Assembly: GCA_002633005.1 (NCBI GenBank)
Contig: NMRA01000786.1
Location: 18,981 to 82,980, forward strand
Length of the DNA stretch: 64,000 nucleotides
Direction of reading: 5' to 3'
Origin: Phoronis australis
Taxonomy: Eukaryota; Animalia; Phoronida
Below the pieces are notes generated by a model, which was not told the DNA's origin, ran no database searches, and was given only the letters and a program-made list of their open reading frames with translations. The translations under genes and the position numbers were made by a program. Positions within the stretch are counted from its first letter, which is position 1, and each line of letters starts with the position of its first letter. Shown one piece after another: positions 12,598 to 24,618 of the stretch.

Positions 12598-14846
12598 AGT
12601 CAAGTTATTATGAGTGCCTCACTATCTAGCAATAATTTTAATTAGAGATTATCAGTGTATTCTCAGAGATTTTGCATTTTTGCTCGAGTGAGATTTAATT
12701 ATTTTTCAGAAATAGTTTTGTGGAGCTGAAGACCAAATTTCTGGCTCAAGTCTCGTCAATTTTCATGAAACAGACCCCCGCCCATAAGTTGTTATCTTAG
12801 AATATTGTGTTGCATAGTCATATTTGTTGATAATGAGAATCATATTTTGATTTCAATGGTACAGCCCATTGTAACCAATATTGGTATTTTTTGGCATTGA
12901 TAGTCATGGTCTTTTTTTGTTGTTATACTGTGTTCAGATGATAGTGGTAAGATCAATGTTGGCTAAGCATGGTTGTAGTATACACTTTCCTGGATTTGCA
13001 TGACTCATTAAATGGCTCAATTGATTATAGAGTCGAAAAATGCATTTTTGGATTTTGTGTCTGGATAGGCTTCTTGATATTATTAGTGTTGGCCATAGCT
13101 ATAAACATAAAAGTCAATAGTGTTTTATGATTTTATTGGAAATTTCATTCCCTTCAAAGGATTCTAGTCATTCAGTATGGTTAACTGAAATCAAGGCTGG
13201 CAACCTTATCAGTTTAAGCTGCGTTTCACCATGGTAACAGGCAAAAAAATGAATGGAATCATCCCTCTCACCAATATAAAATTGCTTTTGTGGTATTCCT
13301 TACTTTTTTTCTTCGATTTCCGTTACCAATAACAATGAAACCATCAGCGACTCACGAACATGCTTCATAGTTTTTTGGGGTTGGCCATCCCTACTAATCT
13401 CTTACCTGTCATGGCAAGGAATGTCACAAGAGGTTTTGGTTTTTGATCGACTAGCTGTCAGGCCCCAGCTGCTGAGGTCGTGGGTTCAAATCCATCTTGT
13501 GGCTGATCACGAGTACACAACATTTTTGGTGATAATGTTTCTTGATATTTAATTGTTTTTGTTGTTTATATTTAATATGCTTGGTGTTCATCATGTAATA
13601 TACTGAGACCTTCCTTTATTTTCTGTTTGCTGATTAGTTGGTGCCAGGTTATTCATCACGCTTGAAATTCTGTGCTTGCCTTTTATTGAATAGTTTTTAT
13701 TCGTTTCATCAGTATACGGTTATAATAGATGGGATATTCTTAATAACATAGCTGCGCAAAATATGTCTCATGACCCATATGCGGGACGTTTGGGTGGTTA
13801 AAATTGTCAAAAGGACATAAGAAATTGGGTGTCTATGTGTAAGAAGTCGTACCCTCACTACAAGTTACCAGAGAACAACTTGACTCTGTTAAGCTGAAAG
13901 CCCTGGCTTCTCACATTACACCTAGCAAACTAATTAGACACCCCTGTGTAACTGAGCAAGCGTACACCTGGTAATTAATAACTTCCACCTGGTCTGCAGG
14001 TTTGCGTCCACACTTGTGACTTGCACTCGGACAAATTACCGTAGAACAAGTTATTCTATCATAATAACGTGGGCTATGTTGTCGCACGTGTGTCAAGTTG
14101 CCCCATTGCAAACAACATGCACTACAGCTGTAAACCTTGGGACACAAGTGGTCTCAGTCTCACAATTCCTTTTGATACAGCACCCAATTGTTCTGATGGT
14201 AGCAAGACAAGTTTTGGGACACAATCGTGTTGGAAAGTAAAATCACTTCATTGGAATTACTCTGGGAGATTCCAGCATCTTGGTTATGGCCTCAAAAGTT
14301 CTGGAAAATAAAAAATCAATCAAACTTCATTTTAGAACACACGTGGTTAATATGCTATGGTCCACAGTTGCTGTGGCATGAGATATAGGTTTTTGAAATC
14401 TTAATTTTTGTTGAATTTTGCCAGTTTTGAACCTAACATGATAGAAGGTTAATAAGCCATCACCATATTGCTTGTCTCCCAATGTGGAGTAGTTGCTAGG
14501 GGTGAGACGTCATCACTATCTGCCCCTAGTCGTTGACAATTATGGGCTTAATTTTCGTGTAGAACAAGTATAAAAACAGTTAGTGTCCCTTTACATACAA
14601 GTTCAAATCTTTAAAGCTGACACCTTACGTTGTTTTTCTTTCTGGTAATTGCTTTTTCATAACTGAATTTGGTTGCCATTCCCAAACTAATGCATTGAAT
14701 TTAGTTTTTTATTTTAACGTATCTTGTTTCTAAACAATAAGTGCACTTCATTCAATATCTACTTCTTGTCATTTTCAGTATTTTTGTTTAGTGGCGGCAG
14801 TTGTTGTTACAGTGCTATTGCAAAGGTGACTTTTTCTCATTTTCAG

Positions 14847-17800
14847 GTGCATGGATTCTCCAAGACGACACCTTCTCGGTTCAAAACATGATCCAGGTGT
14901 TCAAGGAGAGTGATGTAGACAATGCCATCAAGCAGCAAAGTGGCTCCACTCTCAGCCTACACTGCCCTGCAGAGGGAGACTGGAATTCGGCATTGCTGTC
15001 CAAGCAAGACTTTGCCAAGCACGTAGCGATTAGCATCAACCCCACCGCTGTGGGTGAACCCTCTGAAGCCATTAACCAGTTCACTTCCTTCATGTCTTTC
15101 TTTATTAAAGCAAAGCCCAGTCATGAGCTGATGCAAGCCTCTGATGTCGTGGGTAACATTCGATTCTCTAAGCCCACCATGTATGTGTTTCCCGGGAGCC
15201 AGGGAGACTCGGCTCTCTTCGGCGTCAGTGGATTCAGCCTATTGATAGATGGCGGTTACCAACGGAAGCCCTGCTTTTGGGACTTCGCCAGACATCTGGA
15301 CAGGATCGATGCACTTCTGGTCACCCATATGAATGGTGACAACTTGTTCGGTGTGGCCAATGCCTTAAATCGTAAACTAGAAGATAGCATCCATCCGGAG
15401 ATAGGCCATGTGTTCTTTAACACCAGCCAGAAAGCCAAACATTCCCCCAACGGAGACTTGCACCCTGAAGCTGGCGGGCTGATGAAGGATTCCAGTCAAC
15501 TAGTCAACCTTGTTGAATGTGGTGACAAGTTGATAGAGAACCTGCACGCCCTAGGTCTGCCACCACAGCCGTGCACAAGATCCATGACCGATGGTCAGCA
15601 TCCTATTAACCTTTATCATAAAGTTGGACATGGGCGTTTGGACATGTTTGTCCTCAACCCTGTCCAAGATAGCAAGGAGCTGAAGGATTTCTTTCAACAG
15701 TGGAACAAGCGCGTGACTAGCTTCACCTCCGTCAACCAGATACCATTGCCAAACGTTACATCTGTAAGCGCATTACTGGTGTGGCGACCAGCAGACCCTA
15801 GGGAGAAACTTACAAGGATACTGTTCCCTGGTGCTGCACCGCAAGCCAAGATATTCGAAGGCTTGGACAAAATCAAGAATCTGGATTGTCTCAAGCATGC
15901 CACTTGCTGTGACAATGATTTCCACATCAAACACCCTACAAAGAAGCCCGCTTCAAAAGTCAGCAAGCCTATGGCTAAACCCACTCCACAGGTGGTTGTT
16001 GTCCAAGACAAGCCAGCAAGGTCTAAACCATCAGCACGCCCAGAGAAAACAACCAAAGATGTTGCCAACAAGAAATCCACCTCAGCCAAAGAGCAAGCAC
16101 CAAAGAGCAGATTTGAACGTTCCAAGACACCATCTCCTCCCGTCAGGAGCCCCATTCTGACTCCAGTTCATGCTGGCACCCCTACACCTGAGGTGAAGGA
16201 GGAACCTGCTGCCCTTCTGGTTACTCCAGTGGCTTCCCCACCTGAAGAGCCTGCACTGATGGATGAAACTCCTCGCTTGGCCTCAGATGAGGCTCCAACA
16301 CCACCTGTTGCAAGCCCTGAGCCTCCTGCGGCTAGACCGGAGTCTCCTGCAGCTAGTTCTGAGTCTCCTGCAGCTAGTCCAGAGCCCCATGTAGTTGAAC
16401 CTCCACCTGCAGAGCCTGTAGATGTTTATCCTCAACCCGTTGATAACATCGGGCGGGATGTCACACAAGAGGCTGGTGAACAAGCTGATTTGATAGGAGA
16501 CTTCGAGGCACCTACTCCACCAGCCAAGGACGAACCTCCAGCAGAACCATTTATGGCATCAGAGCCACCAATGGATGCCACAGCTGAATCATCTGTGGCT
16601 CCATCTGTGGAGGATGAACCAGAGCCACTCCATGAGCCACCTACTGAAGACTTGTTGGGCGGCTATGCTGGTGAACCTAAACCTGACGATGAATCTGTTC
16701 CAGCGCCATCTGAGGCTTGGCCATTGGAGGCTGCTACTGCAGCTGATCATATACCTGAAGCCCTTCCTGAACCACATGCTATTGATCCCAGCATGTTACA
16801 ACCTGCCCCTGTAGTACCAGATTATGTAACAGAAGGCTATGAAAAACATTATGAGGAGGAGAAAGATGTTGACACAGCGGCTGTTGAAGAAAATGCTGAA
16901 GAACCTGACGTGGGTGGTGTAGGTGATGCTGGCATTTCTGTAATGTCAAACGTAACTGCATGTCCAGATATCGATAATGCAGCTGTTCAGGAAATGCCTG
17001 AGAGCTCCTTACAGAGCAAGTCTCAACTTGAAGAGTTAGGTATCTATGACGATGATGAGGGTAATGAAGAGTACCCAGAAGATGGTGCTGAAGATCAACA
17101 CCTTGCCAGTGGTTACGATGCCAAAGAAGCAGGTCATGCTGAGGATGAGGATGTGGACCTTGAAGCTCTGACGCAAATATCCAACGAGGACATAATGCAG
17201 CGTAGCATGTATTCAGAGGAACCACTTCCCGTCAGTGAACCCACCGATGTCACTTCTTTGGCTGAACGGAATGTGAGAGATGAACCTGTACCAATGGACA
17301 TTGACACTTCTGGGGAATGGGGTGAAAGTGATAAAGTAGCTGAGCAAGAACTCCCAGTGGACACGGAGGCTGATGACTTGACGACTGTTTGTACTAGAGA
17401 TAACCCACCTGATCTCCTTTCACGACCAGATTCAAGCGACGGTTGTGATGATGTGAGTAGCTTACACGTGGAACCATCACAGAGTGAACTGGATTTTGGC
17501 AAGGTGGACGAAGACGTTGCTGAGGCTGAACGTCATCGCCGTGAGTCTGGAGGTGAGAGCAACGACGTTGATGACATTGACGACGACTACAGAGAAGAGG
17601 ACGAGGCAGCAGACGGTGATGTGAACGGAGGCGCATATGACAACCAAGCTTTCAGCGTGGGTGATGATGGGCAAGAAGATCCTTCACTGCAAAAGCCAGA
17701 ACTGTCTCCACCTAGTGGTGAGCAGAAAGTTGATGGTGAGCCTAATGGGGTTGATCTGTTGTCTGACTCACCAGGTGACGCCCAGACTCCTGTCAATGAG

Positions 17801-18856
17801 ACAGGTGAAGCACAGCCTGACCTGTTTGCCCACTTTGACGCTCCGCCTGAGCAAGCAGCAGTGAAGCAAAAGTCAACTAATCCGTTTGAAGCTGACTTTG
17901 ATCCCTTTGCTCCATCAAGCCAGGCTTTGCAACCTGAATCGACGGAAGACTTACCAGCACAGCCAGGAGAATTTGGTCTGCAGTCTGAAGCTAGTGGTGT
18001 CCAGTCTTTTGACCCGCTGAGAGACTGGGGTGAGCCACTGGGACTTCCTGCTCCTCCACCCCCTCCTGAGGCGAAGGACAACAAGGCTGCTGCTAAAAAG
18101 CCATCTGCAAAATCAACCACGACAAGGAAAACCACCACCACCACGACAGCCTCGAGAACAAAAGTCACAGAGAAGACAAAGACAGAAAGTCCTAAGAAGA
18201 GTCCATCTCCAGCAAAGTCAACTTCGTCTGCGTCTTCAAGAACAAAACCAACTGCGTCAGCCGCGACTAAAGCCAGATCTAGTCCGTTGTTAGCTGCAAA
18301 GAATGGGCCAGCAGGAGATGGAAAGAAGGCTGATGCAGTGAAGCAGACGAAGCCCCGCCCTGCAACTGCGGACAGGACAAGCAGGCAAGACGAAAAGAAA
18401 CCTTTGTCCAGTCGCGTACAATCTCGGTCAGCCGCCACTTCTCGCAAAACAACCACTGGCTCTAAGACCAACGTTTCTGGCAAAGCACCCCCTGCCTTGG
18501 CGCCTGTAACTCCCAGCTATGTGGACTTGACATACGTACCGTACCATGCCAATCCGAAGTATTCCGATTTGGATTTCTTCCGTCGCGTCCGCGCCCGTTA
18601 CTACGTTGTAAGCTGCTTGCATCCAAGCCCGACTGTGTTGAATAATCTGGTCGAAGCAAAGCAAACCTGGGAAGACAAAAACCTGGAGGTGACGATCATA
18701 CCGACGTACGACACGGACACTTTGCGCCATTGGATGGGTCTTCACCGCGACCGACTGTCCGAGCTTAAGATTGACGTAGCTCCATCCGCCAGCCGATGCA
18801 CGATTCAGCTTCAAGATCACGAAACCAGCTGTTCTGCTTACCGCTTAGAGTTCTAA
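14847..18856 (+). CDS. futsch: MAP1/futsch-family microtubule-associated protein, 4010-bp terminal coding exon (heavy-chain remainder plus light chain)
   Basis: Acceptor tttttctcattttcAG ends at 14846, inside the 1351-aa ORF. Conserved MAP1 motifs: KPTMYVFPGSQGDSALFGVSGFSLLIDGGYQRKPCFWDFARHLDRID, LYHKVGHGRLDMFVLNP, ALLVWRPA, RILFPGAAPQ, then K-rich and acidic/Pro-rich linkers, WGEPLGLP, and the C-terminal light-chain domain YVDLTYVP...RVRARYYV...IIPTYDT...SCSAYRLEF*. Confidence 0.97.
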
Positions 18857-20378
18857 GCTAAATCCTCTTTGTGCTTTCAAAAGTCATGTGAACATCGTTG
18901 TTGTAAAGTGCCAGGCTAATATGTTCTTCAGGGAAGAACATTGGCAGCATTCGCTTCGTGAGTCGGATGATGGCATTGATTTATGAGTGCAGTTGCGTGC
19001 GTAATATCCTATTGTGATGAAGGTTTAGATTTGGTGATCACGGCATTTTGATATATGTGTCTGCCTAATCACGTAGGTGGTGGACGTGACATCCTTCAAA
19101 GCCCACTAGCTTTTTAAGCGTTTGCTTGCAATAATTTTAGATTTACGCCCGCTGTGTATGTTTTGTCTCTAGGCATATTTTTATCTGGAAGTTAAGCTGC
19201 GAAGCTTTAGTCAGAGTCCTGTAACATCTCGGCATATACTGTCGTTTGGCTCCAAGGACGTCAGAGTCTGTGTGTCTGTTTGGATTGTGTCCCACAGTCT
19301 GTGTGCAAGATGTGCTCTGAATAAGGATTCCCGTTCATGCTGTTTGTATTGAGGCGTTTAAGCTTCGTGAAATTGAGATGCGCAGATAATCCCCTAGTTG
19401 CCCTACTGCTCCCGACACCAATCTGCTGTACATTTAGTGTGTAGTATTTGGGCTGCGTTCCGTAATGCTAGATCACGCAAATCTAAGCGAGATGTCGCTA
19501 TGCATAGCAAGCGAAGCGCGTGATCAAACTGGCTTCCTTGCGAGTATCTTGTGTTGGAGAACGGGCTCCTGCTCAATGTCTGTCTATGTGTGCGTGCAAT
19601 ATTATTAGCTTAGACAATTATTTATGGTAGCTACCAGGAACAATCGTGTGCTGACTTGACGTATAGTGAAGTAGGGAGATTGCCTCGAGTTTCTTTCTAT
19701 TTGTTTCTCGTTTTGAAAAGTACTTGGATGTCTCGTATTCAGTATCTGCTGGTGTCGACGAGTTGAAGAGGCGTTTGAGACCAAACACATGACGCTCATT
19801 CGTGGACGTTCACTGTTGGTGAGATAATTGTGTGGTTGTTTGTGTAATTTGTGTGGCGGTATTTGGTCAGTTTGAGTCGCTATGGATTTTAGAGTCCCAC
19901 ACAGCGCCAATTAGGTCGCGCAGAAATTGTTATAGACCCGAGTTAGTGAGCTGGCAATAAATTCCATTCGTTGCCACTCCTACGCTGACTGAAAGTACCT
20001 AAACAAAATGTTCCACCTTAAACATTAATCATAGCTGTGGTGTTCACATATGTCGGTGTGTGCGGCTTTAGTGGCTGTGGAAGTGACTTCGTAAGACTCC
20101 AGTTTACACGAGAATTACACGGGAAGGGTGACTTGAGGCACGCTTTGGCGAGTTGGATAATCATTTGTGTCTATGTTGTAGCTTCGTTTATACAATCTAT
20201 TTAAGTTGTTTTGTTGACTTTTTGTTTATTTTTGTATGTTTGTTTTGCTGTATATGATAATCTTTTCACTTGATAATGGATAGGGCCACCGCATCGATTG
20301 TTAACGATATGTTGTCAGTGGAGTTCCCTTGCGGAATCGGAAAACGGCTGTTTAGCCGGAACTCGGTAACAGTGTGTC

Positions 20379-20594
20379 TAGTCATCCTGTGCACCTTCGC
20401 TAAATCCAGTGGCCGGATCCCCCAAAAATGGATGTATAGGCGTTTCGCATTTGCGAGATTGTGTAATTCTGGCCAGTCGAATTGCCTGCATATAATCTGA
20501 AGTTTGATCTCCTCGTTTGTGTATTGCAGGATTTGTTCTTACAATTGGGTTTAGGGATCTGGCCACAGGATTTTCCAGTGCCACTGCACGACTA
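20379..20594. repeat. Degenerate inverted repeat (old MITE-like hairpin)
   Basis: aaatccagtggccggatccc (about 20402-20421) pairs with gggatctggccacaggattt (about 20554-20573), with weaker pairing in the flanks. Confidence 0.6.
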
Positions 20595-20620
20595 AGCAGT
20601 ATCCACAAGTTTGGGGATCG

Positions 20621-20844
20621 ATTTATCGAAGGTCGTACGCCTGTACGTAGCTGAGACGGTCTTACGCACGTGACTGCTAACGCATCGCTTTTTTAAACGA
20701 AACTACAACTGACGTAGATCCAACGTAGACCGTATCCGCCTTGAATAGCCACCATCGTGACCACTTGAATAGACTGCATATCTGTAAAATGTTAACAAGA
20801 CTGTCTTACGATTGCTACGACTGGACGTACGACCTTTGATAAAA
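20621..20844. mobile_element. MITE-like element with about 45-bp imperfect inverted arms
   Basis: Left arm tttatcgaaggtcgtacgcctgtacgtagc..gagacggtctt; reverse complement of right arm tttatcaaaggtcgtacgtccagtcgtagc..aagacagtctt. Confidence 0.75.
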
Positions 20845-22969
20845 TGCTGACCTCGTGTTTTCACTTTCTTGCTGCATCCGGAATAGTACGATGCAGTGTG
20901 TACTTAATTCTGTAACATTTTGTTGTTGACTAGTGCTATGTGTGTTGCCAAAAATGCGTGTTTTATATTACGGTTTATTCTTTTGGTGAGTATGAACAAA
21001 AACGGCAATACGCTAGCTTCTGAGCCTGCAGTAAAACGCTCAGCTGTGGTGGGTAAAGAAATCGTGCAGTCAGCACAAGAGGGCACTCCCAGCCGTTTCA
21101 TATTTTTAACTCAGTCGGGGCTTTCTGGACGACGCTAGTGCGCGCCATTTTAAGTCGTTAGGTGACTATCAAGTCAAGTGCCAAACTAGAACAAATTCTC
21201 GAATACTGTCGTTTTGCTGCAACTCAAAAATGCGATTGTCGTTATTGAATTTTTAGACGTGCTGCAATTACTTACGTATATCTTCTGCGAGTGTCTGTCT
21301 GTTCATGTGCATGCCATTGTAACTGTAATAATTATTAAATTCAAGTCTATAATAAATCTAAAATGCTATTTGAAAAGTTTTGTTTTCAGTTCAAGTTGTT
21401 TAACCGTGTGTTGTTCTACACGTGAAGTTGAGTTGAACATGTTGAATAGGCAACTGCAAGCCTCATCCGCCCGTTGCGTAGTGAGTGGCATGTTTGAGCG
21501 GCGGCCGTATGATCTCTAGTCCGAGAACGAGTAGCGGAAGAGCACACGTTGTACATGTAGCCGTAAACGAATTTCCGCTGGGGAAACAATGAACTTGTTT
21601 CAGGCATGTATTGTAAGGTTGGGGTTTGTACAGGACTCGATGGGTCTAACGCATGATTCATACCACCAATGAGCTTTCTTGGCACCACGGATTACAGGTA
21701 AAGTACGTGGACCGTCAGTTCTGTATATTTTTATTTTTCATTCAAAGAACAAAACCAGTGATAGCGCGCACAGGGCGCGACCAACTCTTGGCCGAGAAGT
21801 CACTATTCACTAGCGGTGCCTGATGCGTCACGGTTTTACCTCCGACAATTTAGGGGCCGGCCACACCTCGAGTGGCTGATTGTGACGTCATCATGGATCT
21901 GGGTCAACAAAAACCCTTGTTATGGCAGTGAAAAATTATTTCTCCAGAGACATCGCCTGTATGATAGGGAAGAGTGGAGTGATCTAACATTGTCTTATTT
22001 GCATATTTTTGAGATTGGAAATCCCTTAAATTTTAACTGACTGAGATGGACCCTGGTGATAGCATTTCCTGTTTTTTAAATTGCCGCTGTTTAGTGTTTC
22101 TCAAGTCTTAATGTCGGCTCAGGGCGGCGGCCCCAACTGAGATTCTTTTAAAGTAGTATGCATAGGCTTTACCCGATCATACTGGGTCCTCTCTTACAGA
22201 CGACACCCTAGAGACGGAATTACCCCGTTTCTCACCTTAAGTTCCTCGCTCTCAAAACAGCATTCTCGAATGGAGGTAGTGGAATTTCAAACTGGACGAG
22301 AAAACCGACACAAAACATGTTCCAGTGAAGTTCAACAGCATCAAGACATGCTGTGCAAAATGGCTCGTATAGAAAAAAGCAGTTGATTTGACAGCCATCG
22401 AAAGCACGAAAGTTTCCTGACGATTCCAATGTAACGGTCAAAGTACAGATATGTTTCAGCAAAAGACTTTCAAAAGTTTGTTTTTTTTGAAGATCACTAT
22501 TCATATATTAGGAAAGCGTTGTTGAAGGGGTACCAAACACGGTTTTGGCCTATCAATGCAACAGGTATTAAAAAGACTCCCTTCCAGTTCTCTAAAACAA
22601 CATACATGTAATGCTGTGTAACCCTTGGCAACCTTCAGAAGTTCAGAACAAAATTTGAAAACCACTTGCTAAGTTCCGTAATTAGGCGAGAGTGACTTAG
22701 GTGAGATGCGAAATGAAGGGAACATGTCAAGAACTGTACGATGGTCACATGGCTTACCTCAAAATCCAACTGCTCCCTGGTGGTTTGGTAATTGGACCAT
22801 TTATGATGCATACCTCGCCGAGTGAATGTGGAACATAATATGGCAACACCATACAAACGTTTTAGGTTGTAGAAGTCACATTTCTTGTCTGATTTTCAAA
22901 ATTCAAAAACATAATCACGTGTACTTTTCAAAAAGGAAATTTAAAAATACTATTATTGCCCTTGTTTGT

Positions 22970-24618
22970 TTAAAAGGGAACTGTATTTTATTCTGAATAA
23001 ATTCTGGATAGTTTTCTATGAATTGTTGATTAATTTCACAAATAATTCAACTCCAAAAATTAAACTTATGTTCTCTAACGACGCTCAAAAAATTACCGGC
23101 TTGGAGCGCTGCTTAGTCTCGTGACGTATTTGGCGGGGGCAAAGTCACTGTCCTGTGTTAGCGTGCAATCAAGTAGCGTTTTTTATATTGTCGGAATAAG
23201 AAATTTTAGTGTGAAATTTCGGGTCACAAGGGATACCTGTTTGAGCCAAGGCAACACAAAGTGATACCTAGTCATCGTCATCGTCAGACGAAAATTTGCC
23301 GGTGTAACTGGTGTCAGTGACTGTGCCGAGGGCAATGTGGACTCTAGCCATCCAGTCAGCCAGTTGTCAGCCAATACTCCGGCAGCTCTGTAAACTTGAA
23401 GGGTTGGTAAGTTACCGACTGTACCTGTATGAAGACTATCGTACCACTGTGTGTTGAGCTCCGTTAACCCCGAAATTTCAGACAGCCGTTGACTACCCGG
23501 GTATAGTTGACTCAGTTATGCTCGTCACCTCGTCGTAAAACTTAGGCTACATCAACATATAAAGCTAACGGACCGGCGGGGGCGCATGCAAAATCTGATA
23601 TAGTCACCCGACACTTCCATTGTTCGTTGCAGCCGTTTAAGTGGAAAACAATCAAATAAACGTCCTTTGGTAGCATAATTTGCCGCCTTTTTAACAAAGA
23701 AGTGTGTCGTCCGTTTCAAGAACAGCACGCTCGTGACACGGCGCACGCGCCATTTCATAAAAATTTGAGACGTCTTTCGGGACATCATAACAGCTTCGCA
23801 GCACCAAGGTTGTTCTAAAATTCGGTTTGCTGGTGTAAAAATACTAAAAACTTGAAACAAAATGAAACAAGCTCCGATAATTTGTTATAACATGTACGCA
23901 ATCTAGGTACCGTCAGCGACGAACTCATGATAACAGAATCAGGGGGAAAAGAAACTGGTAAAGGTCAGGTGACGTAATCGCAAAAAGCCGACTCAAGAAA
24001 ACACATCACAATTTTACTAGCACCAGCCGATGAACGATCGCTAACATTTCCAACACCGGTAAATACAGAAGTTAGTTTACTCTAGGAACCTGTTTCCTAG
24101 GTTTACTCAAGGATGACTTAGTTTTAATGACATTTATTTGAGTCAGATTTTATTTGCACATTTTTTACCCATATCGGCTTAAACCTGTAGGCCTATATCT
24201 AGTATACACTGAGCTTTGGGCCAAGGCTTGGGTAACCCGGCGATGGTATGCGATGACCATCCCTTTAGAAGACGCCTTTTTCGAAGAGTTTGAGCAACCA
24301 GGTGCCATACAAAAAGGCATAGCGAACCTTTTACAGCACTGTGGCAAACAATAAAAAAATAAGGACGATTGATACAATGATAAATTACGATGTAAACTCT
24401 TCAAATATGACATAAGCAATGAATGTGCAAAGCAGCCGATACCCCGCCGTTCACGTCACTGACACATCAGCCAATCAGCGATCGCTTTCAGAATTCAGTG
24501 TTTTGACCATGAATACGAATTGGCTTTTGTTTGGCACGCAAGTCAGGCAAATGTGAGTTTTATTTGTATGTTGGAACCGATTAACTGCAACATTATTTTG
24601 ACTACAGTCCCCTTTTAA
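22970..24618 (+). mobile_element. Kolobok-like non-autonomous element with TTAA flanks, carrying about 1.2 kb extra internal sequence
   Basis: Ends TTAA-aagggaactgta and tacagtcccctt-TTAA. Both termini and 24200-24618 align in inverted orientation to 28695-29144. Confidence 0.7.
23420..23790 (+). repeat. Dispersed repeat, copy 1 (paralogue at 52475-52830)
   Basis: Shared blocks ctgtatgaagact, gagctccgtta..ccgaaatttca, gctcgtcac(c/t)tcgtcgt.aaacttag, ctcgtgacacg..cac. Confidence 0.75.

Larger units (their letters stand above)
18857..21380 (+). other. Probable long 3' UTR of the MAP1/futsch gene
   Basis: G/T-rich non-coding stretch after the stop codon. AATAAA at 19956-19961 and 21351-21356, the latter followed by a T/GT-rich tract. 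The end point is inferred. Confidence 0.55.

Noticed and set aside
14801-14846. ORF-track N-terminus MLLQCYCKGDFFSFS
   Set aside because: Intronic: TTG start and a polypyrimidine acceptor. The real frame enters by splicing at 14847.
17587-18483. 298-aa antisense ORF and other minus-strand ORFs in 14881-18820
   Set aside because: Shadow ORFs of the low-complexity MAP1 coding strand, with no independent motifs.
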